NCBI GenBank assembly: GCA_951406725.2
Contig: OX597816.1
Span: 9,548,001-9,612,000, forward strand
DNA length: 64,000 bases
Source of the DNA: Octopus vulgaris
Taxonomy: Eukaryota
Direction of reading: 5' to 3'
Under the pieces are notes generated by a model that worked only from the letters and a program-made list of their open reading frames with translations, did not search any database and was not told the origin of the DNA. Shown piece by piece: positions 57,101 to 64,000 of this stretch. The stretch's first letter is position 1. The number at the start of each line of letters is the position of its first letter. The translations under genes and the position numbers were made by a program.

Positions 57101-58065
57101 GCTCGCTAGAAATGAAGCCAGTATGCTCCGATGGATGTGTAATGCCAGTACTCACACTCGGCAGAGTGTAAGTACCTTGAGAGAAAAGCTGGACCTAAGA
57201 AGCATCAGTTGTGGTGTGCAAGAGAGACGTTTGCGCTGGTATGGTCATGTGGCGAGAATGGATGAAGATAGTTGTGTGAAAAAGTGCCACACCCTAGCGG
57301 TTGAGGGAACCTGTGGAAGAGGCAGACCCAGGAAAACCTGGGACGAGGTGGTGAAGCACGACCTTCGAACTTTAGGTCTCACCGAGGAAATGACTAGAGA
57401 CCGAGACCTCTGGAAGTGTGCTGTGCGCGAGAAGACCCGGCAGGACAAGTGAGTCCACAACCCGTGGCCTTCTACATGGGATGGAGCCAGCCTACGTATG
57501 CATACCTTCCCTTCTTGGGACACAAAACTCTACTTGTGAAGACGTGTTGAGGCAAGTGAGGATCAGAATCGAAATCGATCAATGGAAATTGCGGATGTGC
57601 TACCAGTGCCGGTGGCATGTCGAAACTCTGCTTGTGAAGACCCATTGAGGCAAGTGAGGATCAGAATCGAAATCGATCAATGGAAATCGATCAATGGAAA
57701 TTGCAGATGTGTTACCAGTGCCGGTGGCATGTAAGAGAACCTTCCGTTTCGCGACCGTTGCCAGCACCGCCCCGTTTCGTGTTCGTTGCCAGCCTCGCCT
57801 GGCCCTCGTGCCGGTGGCACATAAAAAACACCATCCGTTCGTGGCCGTTTGCCAGCTCTGGCTGGCACCAGTGCGGGTGGCACGTAAAAAGCACCCACTA
57901 CACTCACGGAGTGGTTGGCGTTAGGAAGGGCATCCAGCCGTAGAAACACTGCCAGATTTGACTGGGCCTGATGAAGCCTTCTGGCTTCACAGACCCCAGC
58001 AGAACCGTCCAACCCATGCTAGCATGGAAAACGGACGCTAAATGATGATGATGATGATGATGATG
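54113..58065 (+). mobile_element. Full-length RTE-clade LINE: unique 5' tether, single ORF, ~600 bp 3' UTR and (ATG)8 tail
   Basis: ORF as above. The 3' end reads ...CCAACCCATGCTAGCATGGAAAACGGACGCTAA(ATG)8 at 58042-58065, and the same terminus recurs in truncated copies elsewhere in the window. Confidence 0.93.
54285..57452 (+). CDS. Intact non-LTR retrotransposon (RTE clade) polyprotein: APE endonuclease, reverse transcriptase and internal PHD-type zinc finger, 1055 aa
   Basis: Uninterrupted ORF. APE motifs: TLNVGT, DICCMQE, GGVGILI, ISAYAP, AGDFNG, QIDYIL, PQHRL. RT motifs: KAPGPSG, NYRGIKLL, QFGFVPGKSTTDAI, FVDMEKAFD, GVHQGSVLSP, YADD (56496-56507), FRYLG. RTE-type C-terminus: RLRWYGHVARM...RGRPRKTW. 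The true start codon is uncertain. Confidence 0.96.
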   Translation: MQVVLKATLLLHFLHMNSAKCELSFQVHEATVHRPRVSRAHAFHTLRVGTLNVGTLKGRSGEIVEMLERRCVDICCMQEIRWRGGSARFLTGKERRYKIFWAGNTDGVGGVGILIAEKWVDKVIEVIRVSDRILKIRLVLHHSLATIISAYAPQSGLPDGQKDRFYDTLLQTTSLTNDRDLIFVAGDFNGHVGRHAGGFHGVHGGYGYGSRNEEGTRLLEFCDANNLMICNTNFRKPTSHLVTYQSGQHTSQIDYILTRQRERWLLINAKTFPGEECTPQHRLVVSDFRIRTRRTTRRRQIWRRRIWKLKDPANGQRFRDILLEASDEVEGDRASQGVEDSWTFLRDNLLRATDQICGWCKVPSRPRITWWWNNIVDRAIREKRQAWKVWKNGGSRELYQTAKREARRQVYLARGEADKKKFANVLRREDQRLEVFRVARQCVRENRDVVGEKCVRMEDGSLALNEDAKREVWRCHYERLLNEENEWDKESLPNVDPTEGPAIRVDSSVVAKAIRSMKTGKAPGPSGITAEMLKMSGSVGYSLVTHIVNQVIHKGVIPNDWCSSIIVNCYKGKGDALDTNNYRGIKLLDQVMKVTERVIAQLIRERVSLDEMQFGFVPGKSTTDAIFLVRQLQEKYLAKDKPLYLAFVDMEKAFDRVPRSLIWWAMRKLGIDEWLVRAVRAMYRDAASRVRVGNEYSEEFRVEVGVHQGSVLSPLLFIIVLQAITEEFKTGCPWELLYADDLALIAESLSELEEKFQVWKQGLESKGLRVNLAKTKVVISRKVDKSQTPSGRWPCSICRKGVGRNSIRCTKCKLWTHKRCSNVKGRLTRKMVFVCGRCSGTINTENALRPTSVTFQGEKLEIVDSFRYLGDQVSSGGGCAESVTARVRIAWAKFRELLPLLVTKGLSHRVKGRLYDACVRTAMLHGSETWAVTAEDMRKLARNEASMLRWMCNASTHTRQSVSTLREKLDLRSISCGVQERRLRWYGHVARMDEDSCVKKCHTLAVEGTCGRGRPRKTWDEVVKHDLRTLGLTEEMTRDRDLWKCAVREKTRQDK

Positions 58066-58156
58066 ATTGTAGGGTAAGTGTGAGAGGCTGGATCTATCCA
58101 GTTTGAGCATAAAACAGGTAGAATATTTGGGCCTGATATGGCTGGTTTAAATGCTA
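58066..58156 (+). mobile_element. Right part of the same MITE
   Basis: ATTGTAGGGTAAGTGTGAGAGGCTGGATCT...CATAAAACAGGTAGAATATTTGGGCC...TTTAAATGCTA directly follows the LINE tail. The family assignment is from memory. Confidence 0.6.
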
Positions 58157-58554
58157 TATCAATCCACTTGAGAATGCCCTCTTGGTCTATCGTGTTTTAA
58201 AGTGATCTAAAAACATTTCCATCCATAGAACAAAGAGCAGTCTCAGGTGGGTCGGTATCATAAGGGTTAAAATTATTTGAAAACTTTCCATCAAATTTTC
58301 CTGTTGACTTATGTTCTAAACACCAGCTTAAAATGACCAAGTTATCTCAATCAATTATTCCTTATTTTAAAAGTAATTGTAAAATATGTGTATTTCAACA
58401 GAAATATAATAACAAAAAGGTTATGGTTATGAGTTCTTCGTTTATATTAGAAATAAAAACCTTTTTATGCAAGGTACTTAACAATGTATATCCCAAGGCT
58501 ACTTAACTGCAAATAAAGTGTCATGATCATCATGATTAATGATGGAATGCTTAA

Positions 58555-58925
58555 TCATCATCATCATCATCATCATTTAACGTCCATTTTCCGTGATAGC
58601 ATGGGTTGGACGGTTCGACCGGGGTCTGTGAAGCCAGAAGGCTGCATCAGGCCCAGTCTGATCTGGCAGAGTTTCTACAGCTGGATGCCCTTCCTAACAC
58701 CAACCACTCCGCGAGTGAAGTGGGTGCTTTTTACGTGCCAGGGGGGTCCGGCATCGGCCACGATCGGTTGGAGCTTTTAACGTGCCACCGGCACGGCAGC
58801 CAGCCAAGGCGACGCTGGCAATGGCCATGTTCGGATGGTGCTTTTGATGTGCTACCAGCACAGAAGCCAGTCGAGGCGACGCTGGCTACGGCCACGTTCG
58901 GATGGTGCTTTTTATGTGCCACCAT
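58555..58925 (-). mobile_element. RTE 3'-UTR copy in inverted orientation
   Basis: (CAT)n followed by the reverse complement of the LINE terminus and of the GTGGCACGTAAAA sub-repeats. Confidence 0.88.
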
Positions 58926-59399
58926 GGTAAAGTGGTAAGAATTAAGAAGGGCATCCAACCAAAAAGCAATTCCAAAGCAGATATTTGAATACAGTGTTGT
59001 GCTCAACCTTTTAGATTCTATCAAACCATGGACGTTAAAAGATGATGGTGACGATAATGATAATGAAGATGAGGATGATGATGATGATGAAGAGGAGGAG
59101 GAAAATTTTCTGTACTAAAATAAAATTCTAGTTTAGTTTCAAAGATACTTATAGATTTAAAGAAAAAGATGTCACTACCTTAAACAATTGCTTTAAAATG
59201 GTATTTCATTTGATGTGCATTTAATGACTATGCTTAGAATGAGATTGGGAAATGTAATCATGGGAGATTCACAAATGAGGATTATTTACCCATTTTCCCA
59301 CAATTTTCTTCGATATATGACTGGATAGTATTAATAGACATGGAAGTAATTTTTCAGCTGATGTAAAGAGGATGATAATTGGCGGGGGAGTAAGAGAAC

Positions 59400-59985
59400 A
59401 AATTGCCAAAGAGGGTTACAAAGTAGTGCTGGGGAAAGGGAGGACATTGCAAAACTGCAAAATGGGGGCATACATTGTAGAGCTGGCAGTAGGTGGGAGC
59501 ACACATTGTAGAGCTAGAAGAAGGCTGTGTGTAATGGGGGGCTGGAGAAAGGATGTGCACAATGCAGGGAATAGAAAAGGGGTGAATTTTATAAGACTGG
59601 AAGAGAAGAGGGTATATATATTGTATGATTAGGAGAAATAGGAACACATTGTAGGATTGGGGAAAGAGGGTACACACTGTAAAACTGGGGAAGGGGATGC
59701 ACATTGTAGAGCTAGGAGAAGAGGCTGGATGCTGTAGGGTTAGAAGAAGAGTAGGGATATAGAGTAGGGTTTGCAGAAGAGGCTGCATATTTTAGGCCTG
59801 GGAGAAGAGTAAAAAACATTTTCAAGCTGAAAGAAGGGGTACACATTGTAGGGATGGAAGAAAGGAGGGCTCACTGTAGGGATGAGAGGAGATGAACCTT
59901 ACAGGGCTAGGTGAAGTGGATATACATAGTAGAGCTGGCAAAAGGGGTACATATCTTATGCTGGGAAAGAGGAGTGTACATTACA
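59400..59985. repeat. Degenerate purine-rich minisatellite with a ~29-30 bp unit
   Basis: Recurrent variants of ACACATTGTAGAGCTGGGAGAAGAGGGGT, roughly 20 units. Confidence 0.7.
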
Positions 59986-61950
59986 TATAGGATTGTCCTT
60001 AGGCACTGAATATCCTGATGCCACTCCAATATATTGACAAGGAAATTATACAGCAAAACACATTATCTCTTTATTCCAGACAAAGTAGGTTGTGAATTAA
60101 TCTCTCTTGTATATTTACAAAATTAATACTGGCAACATTAAAAAGCAATTTATTCCATTAAATCATCATTTCATAAGGCAGTTGACTGAAACAAGTAAAG
60201 GATAAAAAAATAACAGGTAGAGATAGATTTATAAACATTTAGAATTAATTACAGAGTAAAAAACTAATAGAAATTTCTAGTATATAATAGAAATTTTGAA
60301 CTTATTTTTTTTAAAAGACTTGTTTTTTTAAAGTTAGGTACTTATTCTATTGGTCTCGTTTGCTGAACCCCTAAGTTACAGCAATGTAAACAAACCATGC
60401 TGGTGGCACGTAAAAAGCACCATTCAAGTGTGACCGATGCCAGTGCCACCTGACTGGCACCTGTACTGATGGTACATAACAAGCACCATCCAAGTGTGGT
60501 CAATGCTAGAGCTGCCTGACTAGCTCCTGTACCAGTGGCATGTAAAAATGTGAGAGGTTTATCGCCTCATTAATGTTTTGCTTTGAACTGTGTAAGAGGT
60601 TTGTTGCTTCAAATATGGTATTATAAAGAACAATGTGCTCGGGTAAACAGCAATCGGTGTGCGTTGCTTGTTGCCCCCATTATTATCATATTGTTTATCA
60701 TTTCATTTCATTATGTCTTCATCCAACCCGCAGCTTCCTTAGCTTCCTGTCTTTGTAAGGCCTTTATGGCCAATCTAATGAATAAATGAATAAAAGAAGT
60801 TTGCTTCCAAACCACATGATACACTGGGCAAGTGTCGTCTACTATAGTCTCAAGCCAACCAATGCTTTGTGGGTGGATGGAAACTGAAAGAAGCCCATTG
60901 TGCAGGGTGTTCAAAAAGTCTCTCCACAGTGAACTTTTCCATCCTGCAGAAATCAGCTTAGGAAATAGTTAGGAGCAGACCTTCTGTGCATTTGTGTGTG
61001 TGTGCTTTTTAATATGTGTGTGTATCTGTGTGCATACATGAGGGAAAAATTAAAACAAGGTCAATTCAGTAGAAATCATAAAATGAAGATGAACAAATTA
61101 AAAAATCATAATTTTCAGGAAAAAATAAACAAGAACAAATCTCAAAGGTATACCAAAAAAAATGGAAGTTAAGCTTTTATAATAATGAAGAATTGTACGT
61201 TAGAAAATATATAAAAGAGGTTACTGAGAACAAACATCTCTGCATGTACATAAATGAGACTGGTTTGTGCACACATACACACACAAATGTGTAGCCAATA
61301 CATACATGCACCAGATACTTGCACTCACACATCAGGTACATACATGCACACATATTTGCACCAATGGTCTGCTGTTGCTTCCATTTCCTAGAGAGACAGT
61401 TATCCACCAGCATCCTGTCTGTGCATGTAGTCCTAGGAGAACTTTTTTCAACCTTTTCTGTTTTTGACCAGAAAGCTTTCAGAGCATCTAATCTCAAAAT
61501 ATGCATATGAAATTAAGTGAAGAAAAATTGAAGAAAATTCTCGTCTTTCTCAAAAGCAATCTAAAATTAAACTGAATTGTAGCATTTCTATCAACTGCAG
61601 CAGCTGCAGTAGCAGCAGATGTATTCAGTCATTGTGGTTATAACTTGCATTACCAAGGGCCCCAACATGTCATTAAAAAGTAATTTTTATATATGTGATG
61701 AAACTGAACTAGAAATAATTAATAATATTTTTCTCACCTCTTTCGAAAACTAGACTGTGTGTAATGCAATTAATCATTTCAATTTTAATGATGGAAAATC
61801 AAGCTGCCCTACTGAGGGAAAAAATTATAATTCAGTCATAGACTTTGTACAAAAAACCCCAAAAGACCCCCAACAAATAAGCACACACACACACACATGA
61901 GTGTGTGTATGTGTGTGTACACTTTTAATAACAGTGAATTGTGCAAGCAG

Positions 61951-62168
61951 TTAACCCTTTCGTTACCAACCCGGCTCTGGCTCTGAGTCCAAATGTCTTG
62001 TTTTCATAAGTTCTGAATTAAAATCTTTCACGAAACCTTAGTCACAATTTATGTTCCTAACACTAGCTTAATGGTAACTAAGTTATTTTACTAAATACTT
62101 TGTTGTATTTAAAGTAATTGAAAGAAATACAGAACATCTCAAAATAAATACGGTAACGGAAAGGTTAA
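61951..62168. mobile_element. MITE with TTAA ends and CCC-type terminus (piggyBac-like); related remnants at ~6600-6825, 8690-8845 and 58157-58425
   Basis: TTAACCCTTTCGTTACC ... GGTAACGGAAAGGTTAA form imperfect terminal inverted repeats. Confidence 0.8.
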
Positions 62169-63189
62169 ACATCAACTTATTTGTTGAAGTAAGCAAGACA
62201 AGATTATTGAACTGGAACTGTAATGGACATTTCTCATTATATTTTGAGACAAGGACAAAACAAACTGGTTTGAAAAGTGAAAGACAAAATCACGATGGGT
62301 AGAAAAATGTCATCAGTTAACAGTGAAAAACAGCCAAATAGAGGTAGATGATGATGATGATGATGACACACTTCATTTTTGCATTTGGTTTGCAAGATTA
62401 TGTGAATTTGTGTGTTGCTTCAACAAGGTATATATATTAATCCTGGTCGTGTTGATTCATTGTTTTTCTCTTTGCCTTCGTAAAAAAGTATGTTACCATC
62501 ATGGAGTAGTTAAAAGGAATCTTAACTCCTATTTCTAAAATTCGGTATGTGGTGAAGCAATTAGCTGAATTATAATTATGTTTATAATTATAAAATATTT
62601 GTATAATTTTACCTATAAAGGTTATTTTAATGTACTTGGTGAAATTATTAATTAATTGATTGATTAATTAATTATTTTAATTAATAAATTTTACCCTTAT
62701 ATTATTAATATGTATATATATACACACACACACACACACACGTTAAAACCTACTTTAAACATTGATAACTGAATAACAGGGAAACCAGTTATTAAAATGT
62801 AACTTTCCTTTTGCAAAATCCTCTTCTGGTTACAACATGCATAAAAATTTATCTAGTAAAACTTTTTAGACAAAAACTCTTTTTATTTGAAAACTTTTCA
62901 GTAATATATGATTCTCCCTCTTTTTTTTATACACATGTAAAACTCACCTTGTGAAAATATTCACCAATATTCTTACAGTTAAACTGTTATAGGAAAGCTT
63001 TTGTTATGTGAAAACATAATTCATATCTTTATTTTTATACATATAAATATATAACAAAAATATTTATCTCCTATGTTAAAAAATAAAACTTGTTTTATTC
63101 AAATATATACATTAAAATTTACTGCATTTTTTTATCCTTTTTTTATTTTTCTATATATGTGTGCATATGTGTGTGTGTGTGTACACCAA

Positions 63190-63810
63190 ACTATCTCTTC
63201 ATCAACCAGACTATCAGATGTCCCTAAACATTTCTGACCATTATGCACCTTCATTCTCCTCTTGGTTGTATACTTTTCTTCTGATTTAACTCATGTTGTT
63301 TGACTTATATTGTTGTCTCCACATATTTTGGTACATTTACTGAGTGTTATTTTTTCTCTCAAACCTCTTGAATGCCTTTCAACAATTGCACCTATTGTCT
63401 GTGAATCTTGCAACATGTCCAACTCAATGAAACATGCTTCCAGTATTCAGCCATCACAGCATTTACTCCACTCTGTTCTTGAATCATCTTATTTCAGATA
63501 TAATTCCCCACACATACACACTGACATTCCTAGCATGGACCATTCTATGGTCCACTTGAGCATACCTATTCGTTGATCTTCCATCTTTGAAGCAGTCCAC
63601 ATCTAACCTGTACAGGAAGAATGGTATTATTGCAGAAACTGGAATTCAAGGTCATGTTCAGTTTTGCTACATGCACATATTTAATTGAAGCAAACCCATT
63701 CCATTCTCCTTTTAATTTACATGCCATTTCAGTTTTCATGTCTCTGCATATATTTACTATCTGTTCTAAGTATATGTGCTCCTTCACCTTCCAAAATTTA
63801 TTGCTTCCCA
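63190..63810 (-). pseudogene. Highly decayed LINE 3' fragment, RTE-like
   Basis: Weak remnants of post-RT region motifs on the minus strand, with many stops. Confidence 0.4.
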
Positions 63811-64000
63811 ACACTGTTCAACCTTGTACTGTGTTTACAGACCATATGTAATTTGTTTTCATGCTGGCATGGGTTGGATAGCTCAATCTTTTCTGAGTTA
63901 TTTCTTATTGAGAGCCACTGTTCCCATAGACTGGTGCCTGTGTTCATTTGTTTTGTTTCTATAGCTGGGTACCCTTTCAATTGTCAAACATTTTACAGAA

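Noticed and set aside
55046-57523. Antisense ORFs of 91-147 aa within the LINE
   Set aside because: Shadow frames of the sense ORF with no motifs.
57968-57990. CTGATGA followed by a hairpin in the LINE 3' UTR as a hammerhead
   Set aside because: No GAAA after the stem, and sibling copies read CTGATGC or CTGGTGC.
61177-61640. Possible minus-strand coding exon
   Set aside because: No recognisable domain or convincing splice signals; partly low-complexity.

Overview
AT-rich, repeat-dense eukaryotic DNA with no recognisable host protein-coding gene. The SINE, MITE and microsatellite families look like those of an octopus or other coleoid cephalopod (recognised from memory, not by search). The dominant feature is an ~18.5 kb unit (39558-58065): ~23.7 near-identical head-to-tail copies of a ~613 bp non-coding monomer, a ~170 bp unique tether, an intact 1055-aa RTE-clade LINE ORF (APE endonuclease plus reverse transcriptase, with a PHD-type zinc finger inserted between RT motifs 6 and 7), a 3' UTR and an (ATG)n tail. 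The two flanks look like the two halves of one TTAA-CCC MITE, suggesting array and LINE occupy a single insertion, i.e. a LINE with a giant 5' monomer array. A possible in-frame intron links a 34-codon uORF to the LINE ORF. At 16065-16620 there are Penelope-like pLTR remnants with three minimal hammerhead-like motifs, two of them carrying the U3-A8 core variant in an inverted repeat. The rest of the window is tRNA-SINEs (one nested pair), RTE 3'-tail copies, decayed RTE, R4/Dong and CR1 fragments, MITEs and microsatellites. Nearly all short ORFs in the track are repeat artefacts. Coordinates were read by hand; ends of decayed elements are approximate.
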